This document shows, piece by piece, positions 9,742 to 20,059 of a stretch of DNA of 35,136 bases. Where the stretch lies: the NCBI GenBank assembly GCA_900291995.1, contig OLMU01000405.1:1-35136 (forward strand), read 5' to 3'. Under the pieces are notes generated by a model. It worked only from the letters and a program-made list of their open reading frames with translations, was not told the DNA's origin and made no database searches. Every line of letters starts with the position of its first letter. The stretch's first letter is position 1. The stretch comes from Licmophora abbreviata (Eukaryota). The translations under genes were made by a program, and so were the position numbers.

Positions 9742-10997
9742 CTAGGACTTGCAAAATTGAAATGGCGGAAAACACCACCGGCACCCGTCCTCTTTCTGTG
9801 CATACCGCTGGTGCAAGTCCAAACTCTTGTTGCGCCGTTGATAGCTCGTTGCGTGAGGCAATGGCGGCGGTGGCAACAATACTGATGACGACGGCGATGC
9901 TTCCACGAGGCTATCCAATTCTCGGTCATTCACCGATTCCAGCGCCAGAGTCGCAAGATAGGTCATGGCCTCTTGCACTCCGGTCCCATCCAACGCACTA
10001 ACTTCAAAATGCTTCAGTCCATTCCTCATACACCAAAGTAACACCATATCTCGATCGGGATGTGATGCATCTTCGGTCGTAAGTACCGAGTCCAAATACG
10101 AGCCATCCGTCGTCCAAGTATCGCCCGTCGCCATGTACGTTGAAATTTCAAAGCGCCTGCCCCCACCCTCTTGTGTATGATTATGCGTCTCTTGTCTTTC
10201 CTCCTGCGGTGCACTATACTCATATCGACTGTCCTTTCCACGAAAGCGACCACCCTGCAATCCCATAACATCTCGCTGCGGCACAACATGTCGTCGACTG
10301 GTGGGTGATTCATCCATATCATCATCATTCTTATTTTTTTGAAAGAGATCCATCTTGTTGGCCACAATCAACAAGGGAAAGGGCTTGATACGCTTCGTCG
10401 TTTTTCGTCTTCGTTCCAACAAGTCCGCATGCCACTTGAGCAATTGCGTAAAGGACGTACTGGAGGTAGCATCGTAAACCAACATGGCCGCATCGGCTTG
10501 TCGAAAAAAATCATCGCTCAAGAGCGTCGACGGAGTTGCGGTACGTCGTCCCGCCACAAAGCGTTCTCGGCCTGCCGTATCCCACATTTGCAAACTCAAG
10601 TAGGGTTGACGTGCGATCGCATCGACCCAGCAGTAGTCGTGAGGAGCTGGATTGTCGTCGACGGTGTCCTTCTTTTCATCTGCGGCAGTAGTATGAGTAG
10701 TAATACTATTATTGCTTGTACTATTCTGCACTGGATTTCGGATACGACCCGTATAAAAGTCGGACCCGAGGGTGGGGACACGATGACTGCATGTTGAAAG
10801 GTATGATGAAAGAAACGTCGCAACAAGGAAGTCTTGCCAGCTCCAGCAGCACCCAATATGATACATTTCAAACGAATTCCTCGACGATCATCCGTACTTC
10901 TAGTAGAACTGCGAGGAGGAGGACAGTCCACAACGATACCCATGCCGCGATGGGACGAGGAGGAAGCAGCAGCGCTCGTTGATGTCGAAGTAGTCAT
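9742..10997 (-). CDS. Divergent Rab-family (Rab7-like) small GTPase with large insertions; one apparent frameshift at ~10798
   Basis: G1 LKCIILGAAGAGKTSLL lies in the ORF starting at 10997. G2 PTLGSDF, G3 WDTAGRERF, G4 VANKMD and G5 FEVSALDG lie in the frame ending at 9742. One extra T in the TTT run (10797-10799) joins them as HHTFSTCSHRVPTLGSDF. Confidence 0.8.
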
Positions 10998-11220
10998 GAA
11001 TTGTGAAGTGATTTTCTTTGTTGGTTGATGGATGATGTTGAGGTCTAAAGAATATCAATCTCTCTCTTTCCCTCATCCGATAAGAAGGCGAATGCTCGGT
11101 CTCCTTACTCGGCATCAGCGCAAAGAGAGATCGCAGCCGGCGTCGTCGGTGATGTGTCCATCATGGTCATCTCTCGTCGCGTCGAGTCCATTTTTTATTT
11201 TGCAATTTACCGTCCGTACG

Positions 11221-11320
11221 TCAGTCGTGAGTGAAACGTGAGTGAAATCCAGTCAACGCGCGCAGACTGAAACTGACGCGCACGTATCAGCGGGACTGAC
11301 TGATGACTCGACTCACGCGC
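11221..11320. promoter_or_regulatory. Motif-dense segment of the divergent Rab / 2H-phosphoesterase intergenic region
   Basis: Perfect direct repeat CGTGAGTGAAA x2 (11226-11247), plus clustered TGAC/GTCA, ACTCA and CGCG words. Confidence 0.35.
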
Positions 11321-11435
11321 GGCTCGAGGCGACAGACGATGGGATTTCATAATATGCGCTATTTTGTGCTACAGTGCTCGGTGTCTCTCTAATAGTACCA
11401 TCACATTTCTCTGCGCAAGACCCAAAACGTGACGA

Positions 11436-12170
11436 ATGACAATGGCGTACAACTGGAGTCTTGGAACTAGGACGAATCGGGTTCTACTTTTTGTCAACGC
11501 GACGCTGTTGCTATTACTGCTGCCCGTGTCTTCCACGCACAATCCCTTGTCCTTGTGCTATCACGGCGATTCCGACTGTCCCAAAGAATGTCCACCGGGA
11601 CGCAGTCATGTCTCCCTGACATCGATGCTTCACCTTGACTTCTTGGACGACATGAGAGAACATGTTCTGCAAGCGCAAGAAATCATTTCTGCCAACGCAC
11701 CCTTTTCTTCTTCCGTGATCAGTCTGGAAAACACAACGACCCTTCATACGTCTCTCAATTACTGGTGCTGTCACACTCCAGAAGAGCAAGATGTCATTGT
11801 CGAAATCGTGAAGAACTTGGAATGGGACATCTTGTCCTTGACGATCGACGAGACGAGCTGCAATATAGATCACGACGGTCGAACGGTCTATCTACTTTCC
11901 GTCTACGACGTGGCCTCGCAACGAAAACTCTTTTCCCTTGTGCGTCGCATTGAAACGGCCATGCGGGCTGCGGGCATTGACGTACACAATCCGCGACATC
12001 AGCCCTTCCATTCCACGCTGGCGCGGGTTGTGGCGCAGGACTATCCGGTCGATCGAGTCGTGACGCTCGTACAATCAGCGGTACCAGTGTATGCGAGGGC
12101 CTTTAATATGACAGTCATGGAAGTTGGGGGAGAACTGATCTATGCGTCCTCGACGTTGTCGGTGTCGTGA
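11436..12170 (+). CDS. Secreted 2H phosphoesterase (2',5'-RNA ligase/cyclic phosphodiesterase-like)
   Basis: Hydrophobic signal segment VLLFVNATLLLLLLPVSS; two HxS/T motifs, LHTSLNY and FHSTLARV, about 88 aa apart; several Cys residues. Confidence 0.7.
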   Translation: MTMAYNWSLGTRTNRVLLFVNATLLLLLLPVSSTHNPLSLCYHGDSDCPKECPPGRSHVSLTSMLHLDFLDDMREHVLQAQEIISANAPFSSSVISLENTTTLHTSLNYWCCHTPEEQDVIVEIVKNLEWDILSLTIDETSCNIDHDGRTVYLLSVYDVASQRKLFSLVRRIETAMRAAGIDVHNPRHQPFHSTLARVVAQDYPVDRVVTLVQSAVPVYARAFNMTVMEVGGELIYASSTLSVS

Positions 12171-12435
12171 TGAAGGAGGATGACGGATGAGCACTGTTCC
12201 CACAGTCCGATGGGGGGGATCGTCAGGGATCGGAGTATCGTGCGGATCAGGATAAGACCATAGAGAGGAACCAGAAGTTGCTACGCCTTACCCCGTGTTT
12301 CTTGTTGGATGGATGGCGGTTGGCAAGTAGTACGAGCTACATACTCTGTAGGCAGAAGTGGGTGCTACTAGCTCTACTCAAGAGAGAAATTCATCTCTAT
12401 CTTAAATGAGTGAGGCTTTTGTTTCACGTTTTGTT

Positions 12436-14651
12436 CTACGAGGAGGGAGGGGAGACGCATGAAAGAGGTGTTCCCCGCAGTAGCTGTTCCGCGTAGTTTT
12501 CGTCGCGAGTACTAGGGTCGAAATAGGCTTTTGCAATCATGTCCTCCTCCTTTCGACCTTCCAGAAACTGGAGAGACGGTGTCGAGTGCGGTGATCCCAA
12601 GAGCCTGTGGAGCGAGGCACCAATATCTTCGGCTGTTACCTGCTGGACGGTTTTTCCATTCTTTACACCACTTCCAGAAAAGATGGCCGTCGTTTTCAGA
12701 TGAAATGGATTGATCCCGCCGTGTCCTCCCGCAAAGTTCAAAATGAAGTACTCCCACTCTTTCCCAAAGTCAAAGCCCCCTTGAGCGGTCACTATCATAT
12801 CGGGTGAAAGACCTGGGACAGTGAAGCATTGGATAAGTCGAATGAGCGCGTATGGGAATGGAGACTCGTTCGTGACCTCGAGCCACTCTCGTGCCGACCG
12901 TGGTCTGCCGTCCGCAAGTGCCGGTCCGTATCCCAATGGACAGCGATGCCCTGTGTTGTCTCTTGTGGCTCCATCATGCCTGTAGGATATTCGACCGTCT
13001 CTTTCTAGATGGATCAAGCCAATTGCACTCGTGTCCTCGCTTCCGTCAGATGTTGTCTGCACCGCCACGACACCATTTTCTCGTGACCACGCCACAAGCT
13101 CGACGCCTCGAAACGCCAGCGCTGTCTGCACCAAATCAACAGTCGATCCATTCGACGCTTGGAATGTACGAAGCTCCTTCTCAAAAGTGCGTTCTTTCCA
13201 CCCCGCGTCGCTTTTGACATAAACCGACGCGGCCGTGTCTCCCTGTATGCCAATCAAGATATCCTTATCGGCTCCAAACGCATCCAAAGGCTCATCAAAC
13301 TTGCCACTCCAGGCCTTGGCATCCCCCCGCCATGCCCTTACTCCCTTATCTATAAAAGCGTCACACAAATCTAAATTGCCGCCCCCTGGAATGTCAACAC
13401 TTGCTTCTCCCTTTCGAAAATTAGGAGAATGGACATGAGCGTAATGCTACGTTTCTTCGTGTTGTTCGAGTAATTCAATACAGACAAGAAACTTACATGA
13501 TCCGACACTACCGCAAACGTCGTTCGGTAGTGCTCCGCCTGGACAGCTTTAACGTACATTCCTATAGAATGATCTATCGCCCGCAGCACCGTACGGTATT
13601 CATCGTGAACTCCAAACGCATGAGCGACATTGTCGGTACTGGCAAACACAATCCACGCCACGCGAGGGTTGCCTTGTTTCAGAATTTTCAAAATCCGTCT
13701 CAGGTACCTAGTTTCGTATTGCATAAAGTTCGGTGCCACCCATTTCAGTATCGGGATCTTGCGCAAAACCTTTGGTAACCACCACTTGTGCGAAATCTTG
13801 GTAAAATACTGTTCAGTAGAAGCAGTGTACGTGACGTTGGCACCTCGTTTCAGCATGGAGCCACCTGCCAGAGTCCATCCTTTCGATGCTTCGAAGAGCG
13901 TACTTACGCTTGGCTCAAAGCCAGGCTCAAAGTGTGCACTGCCCGGTCCGTAGTGATTCCTCCAATTTCCCGCATCGAGACGACGGTCCATGTAGCGGGT
14001 GCCCAAGTGTCCAGATCGCGTGGCGTCGATTCCTGTCATGAGCGGCCAGTAGGCGTAGCCTGTGATGGAAGGAAAGGTCGCCATGACACTATTGACGCGA
14101 CATCCTGTGTCCGCCAATGCCTGCATGCTGGGCAAGTTTCCAGCCTTGAGTTCTTCTTCAAAAATGTCTGCCCTTAGTCCATCAATCAAGAAGACCGTCA
14201 ACAGCTCGTCGTTCTTTGCACTGGATCGTACTTGAGGAGGTACACTCGGTGGTCTATAGCCCAGTTCTTCGGCGAGAATTCGAAAGACAAGGATGTAGAC
14301 GAGAACGACAATGACCAGTAAGAGGAGGAGGATTCTCCTCGCCAGTCGCCGCGACAGTAGCTGTCGTATCCGCACGAAGATGGATCTATTTTTGGGGGGA
14401 GTAGTAGAAGACGGCAGGTCTATGCATCGCCGCTTCACGAAGACAAGACATATCCCAAGGGCAAATATCCCAAAAAGAAGTAGTATGGTGTCGAGTACCT
14501 CCCATTGGTCGATCGAGAGACCTTGAAGAGAAACGACCATCAACACCACGAGAACCACGAAGAAATAGCGTCGGGGCACTCCGTCCGCCGCTCTTGAAGA
14601 AGAAAGCGCTGGCCTGTCGCCGACAGAAAGTCGTCCTGAGCCAGCGCTCAT
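12436..14651 (-). CDS. Membrane-anchored type I phosphodiesterase / nucleotide pyrophosphatase (alkaline phosphatase superfamily); exons 14651-13497, 13410-12436
   Basis: Three N-terminal hydrophobic segments; LIDGLRAD, TFPSIT, DNVAHAFG, GGHGG. Intron 13411-13496 (GTAAGT...CTAAT...AAG) restores the conserved VVSDH|G. Confidence 0.85.
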
Positions 14652-15013
14652 ACTTTTTTGTGGGAGACGCTTTGAGAAGGTGGCTCGCCGTTTGCTCTAA
14701 TGGTGTCACCGCGTTGCGCCACCATGGTCAACAGTGCAGCATTGCGCCGATGAGTGTTGATGTCGATCGCGCGGTCTCCTTTTCGAATCCCGTCTGTACG
14801 GCCGCCAGTCGCACCCGTTTGTGCGAGCTATCGCGCTCCATAAAATTTAACTTTATTTTCTCGCCTACCAACTGTGACGTGTTTTCTTCGCCGCCGGATT
14901 GCGGTAGGTTCCTTCCGGTACGACCATGGCCTCTGCTCTTGCCACAAGACTGCTCTGCAACAGCAACAGCAATACCGGTAGAACCTCTTCATACTTCCTG
15001 TCGCATCGATAAA
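14652..15013. promoter_or_regulatory. Probable bidirectional promoter (phosphodiesterase / CCD)
   Basis: 362-bp gap between divergent ATGs at 14651 (-) and 15014 (+). Confidence 0.4.
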
Positions 15014-16861
15014 ATGACTTGCCATGCCCTCTCATACTATCTCTTGGTTGGCGTAGCGCTCAGCGCCACAAGCACAATACGTGCCTTTACGTCAATACCG
15101 CAATATCACTCCGTGGCCTCATCATCATCGTCGGCATCGGCAAGAAGTCAGGTTTCATCGACCAAAACCAGGAGTGACATATCGTCCCCTACAACCAAGG
15201 AAAACCTTCGGGCGGTTCAGCTCGAGTCGGAGCGTTTGGCGCGTGACCGGCATGACAATCAAGTGTTCAATTCTCTGTTTGTTTCGGTCCCAGAGAGACC
15301 CGACCCGACTCCTTGTTCTGTTCCTGGCGTTACACCATACGGAGACTCGTGTAAAAAACACGTCCCATCTAATTTCCCACCAGGATGCTTGCTCCGCATT
15401 GGCCCGAACGGGGGAACCTCAGAAGATGGTTTTCTCGACGCTGATGGCATGATTCAGTGCATTACGTTTCCCCCCACTGATGACAATGGTGAGATGAGTC
15501 AGTTTTCGTCCACCTACGTGGAGACAGAGGGTCGCATACGAGAGGCAAGGAGGGGGGACTCCGTGCGATACAAGGGCTCGCTGGGAAGCGCTCCACGAGG
15601 CTTTCCTCTGTTGCAAAATCTAGTCTCCAACATGATTGCATTTCGAACGATTCAGGGTCAGAAAGACACGGCCAATACGGCCCTCGCCGAACACGGCGGA
15701 CGCGTACTTGCACTCATGGAACAGGCTCCGCCGTCGGAAATTGAAATTTCTAGAGACGGAAGGGTTCGTACAGTGGAAGCCATGACGCGCTTGGACGGAG
15801 CCGTTCCGAATACCGATCCCATTACCGGTGGGAACTTGGGTGCTCATGGACGAACCTGTCCAACGTCGGGAGATCGTATTCACGTCTCATACAGTTCGTC
15901 ATCGTCGCCCTACGTTCGTTTGGATGTCTTTTCGCAAGAAAGTGGAAGCAAGAATGGTTGGAAGCTGAAACATTCCATTCCCGTAAGTACGCCAACTCCT
16001 GTCATGATGCATGATATTGCCATCACGGAGAATTACGCGGTCGTCTTCGACTTTCCGCTCACAGTGCGACCCAAGAGAATGCTGTCGGACAAATTTCCCG
16101 TGGAATATGAACCAGAGAATGGTGCACGCATCGGTGTCGTTCCACGAACTCGGTCGGATGTTCAAGACGACGATGTCATGTGGTTTGATTGTGAGCCTGG
16201 CGTCGTGTTACATTGTGTGAATGCGTTTGAAAGCGGAGACGGTGGAAAGGTCGTGGTACATGCGCTAAGAAGCGAGCCAAGGGGTGACGGAAGCTATATT
16301 TCTGAGTACTCGACCGCATTTTTACACGAATGGACTCTCGACCTCGAATCGGGATCAACCAGCGAGCACTGCTTGAATCCTGGAACGCTCGTGGAATTTC
16401 CAGTCATAGACGATCGTTTTGTTGGAAGTGACGTCGATTCTGTCTTCTGCTCACACGTGTCTACAATTGGTGGGCCTCTTGAAGTTTATAAGCAGCCAAG
16501 AGAGGGCATCAAGCTGGACGGAATTGTCAAATTTGCTCTGCGAGACACGGACAGTAGGAGGAAAGGAGAAGTCATGGGAAAGTTTACGCTGCCCAAGAAC
16601 TGGTATGCCGTATCGGAACCAACCATCGTTCCAAAAGTCGGGATCACAGATGGGTCAGCCTATGTCCTCATGATTGCCACCGAAGTTCGGAAGGAGGCGC
16701 TGGGTGTATCATCCACAGACGGCATGAGCTCTCTTCGATCTCAGCTCTTGATTTTGGATGGCGAGCGTCTGAACTCAGGACCAGTGTATGCGCTTGATCT
16801 CCCGCACCATGTACCGTACGGCTTACACTCTGCATTCCTAGAGTGGGATAAGCTGAAATAG
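15014..16861 (+). CDS. CCD: Carotenoid cleavage dioxygenase (RPE65/CCD/NCED family), probably plastid-targeted
   Basis: GCLLRIGPN, FLDADGMI, TANTA, four Fe-ligand His (GAHG, MMHD, VLHCVNAFE, YGLHSAF), EFPVID, SEPTIVP. Signal peptide ending TIRA-F followed by a Ser-rich transit peptide. Confidence 0.92.
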   Translation: MTCHALSYYLLVGVALSATSTIRAFTSIPQYHSVASSSSSASARSQVSSTKTRSDISSPTTKENLRAVQLESERLARDRHDNQVFNSLFVSVPERPDPTPCSVPGVTPYGDSCKKHVPSNFPPGCLLRIGPNGGTSEDGFLDADGMIQCITFPPTDDNGEMSQFSSTYVETEGRIREARRGDSVRYKGSLGSAPRGFPLLQNLVSNMIAFRTIQGQKDTANTALAEHGGRVLALMEQAPPSEIEISRDGRVRTVEAMTRLDGAVPNTDPITGGNLGAHGRTCPTSGDRIHVSYSSSSSPYVRLDVFSQESGSKNGWKLKHSIPVSTPTPVMMHDIAITENYAVVFDFPLTVRPKRMLSDKFPVEYEPENGARIGVVPRTRSDVQDDDVMWFDCEPGVVLHCVNAFESGDGGKVVVHALRSEPRGDGSYISEYSTAFLHEWTLDLESGSTSEHCLNPGTLVEFPVIDDRFVGSDVDSVFCSHVSTIGGPLEVYKQPREGIKLDGIVKFALRDTDSRRKGEVMGKFTLPKNWYAVSEPTIVPKVGITDGSAYVLMIATEVRKEALGVSSTDGMSSLRSQLLILDGERLNSGPVYALDLPHHVPYGLHSAFLEWDKLK

Positions 16862-17110
16862 AGTTCAGGTTATTCCGTACTTACTTTCAACGTGTGTCTT
16901 ACAAAGCGCGCGCAAGTTGGTTTGAACAGAGCTCGCACCCGAGCTCGCATTTTGGTGAAACTTGCTTTTTGTCGCGATGCGCGGCCTGTGTTTGGTGTTT
17001 GCAGATGTGGCGATGATGTTACCTGGTATCATATGTTGCGGAACACGACACCGCGACTTGACCCGACGTGTGTGCTTCGTTTCTAGGATCGCTTTGTCGA
17101 AGCTTTGACG

Positions 17111-18094
17111 ATGAGCGACTTTGCTGCCCTTCTCAAGCAACTAGATAAGAGTGCGAAAAGGGCTTCAGAGACATCTGGGTCGAAAGACGAGGACCGAGAC
17201 GAAAAGCAGCGACGAAAGCGACCCCGTACGGAAACTGTTCCAGTGCCGCGCGATCACGACGAGCTCAGAATTCGCCTGTCGTTTCTATGCATTGGCGCGC
17301 AGAAAGGTGGAACGACATGGTTGCATGAAATGCTTCGGTCGGTTCCGGGGCTGGGTCTTCCAGCTCAGAAGGAACTGCACTTTTGGGACTGGCATCGCAG
17401 GAAAGGTCTCGGGTGGTATAGCCGACAGTTCCCCTTCGACCGTGATCTCCTGTACGGCGAGGTGACACCCTGCTATGCTGTCTTACCGGATCGCGACATC
17501 CGTGAAATTCGACGACTGTTTCCATCGGTTCGCATCATCTTCTTGGCACGCGATCTTGTAGAGAGAGCCTGGTCAGCCATGACGATGGAACTCCGCAATT
17601 CGGCGCGTGGGATGGAGCCGGGCGAGTTTCATGCCAAGCGCGACGCCATGGACGCCCAAACACGAAATCGTATCCAGCGTGAATCTGATCCAGACAGTCA
17701 CCCCGACTCGTACTTTTTGGGCCGTCTTCATCATGCTACACATGCAGATCGTTCAGACTATGTCCGCGGCCTTCGGCGATGGCTGGTGCACTTTCCCAAA
17801 GAGCAGCTCCTCATATTGGACTACCGACGGATTGCCTCTGACCCCAAGAAACTCATGGAGCAGACACTTCGCCATTTTGGCGTGCAGAACGTAGAAACGA
17901 AGGTGGAGGCTCTAGGGGATGAGCTAGGTAGGAGAGTCAATACTGCTTCGGATTCGTCGGTCAATGTCTCGCCCAAACCGATACGCCCCGGCCTCCGTCA
18001 CGAAATGGAAAGCTACTTACGACCGTTTGCGAAAGCGTTCAATGAACTGCTCAAGGATCTTGGATATGACTGGACGGTAGATGAGTATGAATAG
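17111..18094 (+). CDS. PAPS-dependent sulfotransferase (heparan 3-O-ST-like fold), soluble, with a basic N-terminal patch
   Basis: 5'-PSB loop IGAQKGGTTWL, KELHFWD, GEVTPCY, 3'-PB RDLVERAWS, WLVHFPKEQLLIL. First ATG at 17111. Confidence 0.88.
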   Translation: MSDFAALLKQLDKSAKRASETSGSKDEDRDEKQRRKRPRTETVPVPRDHDELRIRLSFLCIGAQKGGTTWLHEMLRSVPGLGLPAQKELHFWDWHRRKGLGWYSRQFPFDRDLLYGEVTPCYAVLPDRDIREIRRLFPSVRIIFLARDLVERAWSAMTMELRNSARGMEPGEFHAKRDAMDAQTRNRIQRESDPDSHPDSYFLGRLHHATHADRSDYVRGLRRWLVHFPKEQLLILDYRRIASDPKKLMEQTLRHFGVQNVETKVEALGDELGRRVNTASDSSVNVSPKPIRPGLRHEMESYLRPFAKAFNELLKDLGYDWTVDEYE

Positions 18095-18099
18095 CGTCT

Positions 18100-19539
18100 T
18101 TACCTGTTATATTCTTCACGCCTGCTTAGTTCTAAGGAGGGTCGCTTAAACCAATTGAAAGTTCGAGTGCTCACCCGTCGTTTGTAGTTCTTTATTGCCT
18201 GTTCGTACTGAGACTGGCGCAGATGGGCCATAGATGCATTCCATGTCCATTTTTCGGCTTCAAGTCGAGCACGTTTTGCCATTTCATTGCGGAATGCCGT
18301 GTCTCGAAGTACGTTGATCTTCTTTACGAACTCGCCAGTGTCTCCAGGAGGAACGAGAAAGGATGTTACACCGTCCTCAATCATATCTGGAATGCCTCCC
18401 GCGCAAGCGCCGACAACAGGTGTCCCGCTGGCCATTGCCTCCATGACGACGAGACCTAGTGTTTCACTGTCACTCGGAAACACCATGATATCGGCTGAAG
18501 CGAATGCTCTACTCAGCTTCTCACCCCGAAGCTGACCTGAAAAGACAGTGTTGGTACCGGCAAAGACTTCTTTCAGCTCCTTTTCTAAGGGACCGGTGCC
18601 GACAAAGCACAATCGAGACTCGGTCGGCGCCGCATCCAAAATTCCCTTGAGATCCATGATACGCTTCTCGATACTAAGCCGCCCGACAAAGACAATGAGA
18701 AAGTCATGCGGATGCCCGTCGGTCATGGTGTAGCGCGTCTGGTCGTCGTAGTAACGTGGATGAAACTGTTCGATATCAATACCCTTTCGCCAAACGTCGA
18801 CTCTCTTCACGCCGTGGCCAGAAAACTCGAGTTGCACTTGTGGGCTGGTGACTAACGTCAAGTCAGCAAAGCCATGACAGATCTGTATTAGCCACCATGC
18901 GATTCGTTCAGCCAATCGGAATTTTGGGAGATATTGTCGAACATAAATTGGCAAATGAGTATGGTAGCTGAGTACTGAAGCGTCGGAAATTTAACAACGG
19001 ACGCAGGCGGCGTGAGCTCGAGCGGTGGACGGGAAGCTGCCTTTCCGGGAAATCCTCATAACAATAACACACCAAGAGGAATACTCATCAATCTGGAATA
19101 GAATATTGCTGGGACTACCATCAAACCTCTGTGTCCATTGTCGTAGTGTGTGCAGTGTGATACAGTGAGTCGAGCATGCTCAACGCCTCTCCGACACTCT
19201 CTGCGCAATTTCAACTTACGGACTGCTCACGTGCAGAATGTCAGGTTTGAAGCTCCGTATCACTCTCAAGGCCTTCAGTCGGCAATCAACAGACAGGGTT
19301 AAGCCCTTGTAAAAAGGGAAATGAATCCCCCATGTATGGTGGACAGGAAACTGCAAAAAATGATTAGGCTTCTCGGTGGAAATCTGATCGGTTGTAATGA
19401 TCTCGACACGGTCATCCTGCTCGTCCAAAAACTGCAGCATTTTTGTAAATCGAGTGGCGTATCCAGAACAGTAGGTGAATGGCGAAGGCTCGACCATCAA
19501 ACATACTGACAAGTTGGTATCCGGAATTAGCAGGCACAT
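18100..19539 (-). CDS. SQD2: Sulfoquinovosyl transferase SQD2-like GT4 glycosyltransferase; exons 19539-19220, 19128-19073, 18974-18100
   Basis: VEPSPFTYCSGYATRF, PDILHVSSP|G, PL|VLSYHTHLPIY, ADLTLVTSPQ, VWRKGID, FVGRLSIEK, PSDSETLGLVVMEAMASG. Introns 19129-19219 and 18975-19072 (GT...CAG) splice in frame. Confidence 0.88.
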
Positions 19540-20059
19540 CGGCCGCCAGTTTCCATGTTGTTCCCCATAGAAGTCGATTTGTCAAGACCTGAATGCCAGA
19601 GAAGTCTCACTTGATCAAATAGCCTGAGAAGTGTGAGTCGTGCATTCCTTGCACAATGTTCAACGTGTTTCAATGTCGGATCTTTCCTGTGCATATAGAC
19701 TACTTGTATAGTGCAGGTTCATGCTGCTTGGGGCCTGCGCTCAAGCATGATGTGAAGGCGGTGGGCGCGCAATTTTGGTCGTGCTAAAGCATGCATATAT
19801 CCATATTCATGCGATACATTGCTTTTGTATACACACGACTAAATACTTCGCAGAAATCGCTAGCAACGTTGAATTTGAAATTTGATTTTTTCTACCACGC
19901 ATACGCAAAACCTCGTAGGAACAAATTCCGCCACCATCAGTTGAGTCAATCCTGTTTTTACGTCTCGCCATGTTTGGCCACGACCAGGCAAGAATGTCCA
20001 CAACCTCGTCTCACAATTTCAACATTTCCACGAGTAAAACAACACGGCGTCCTATCGCC

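Noticed and set aside
10790..10805. Programmed ribosomal frameshift or pseudogenisation of the Rab (and the other four sites)
   Set aside because: No canonical slippery heptamer, mixed indel directions, all in short base runs, no other decay; assembly error is simpler.
14594..15013. 140-aa N-terminal extension of CCD overlapping the NPP gene
   Set aside because: It starts at TTG; ATG 15014 begins a clear signal peptide plus transit peptide.
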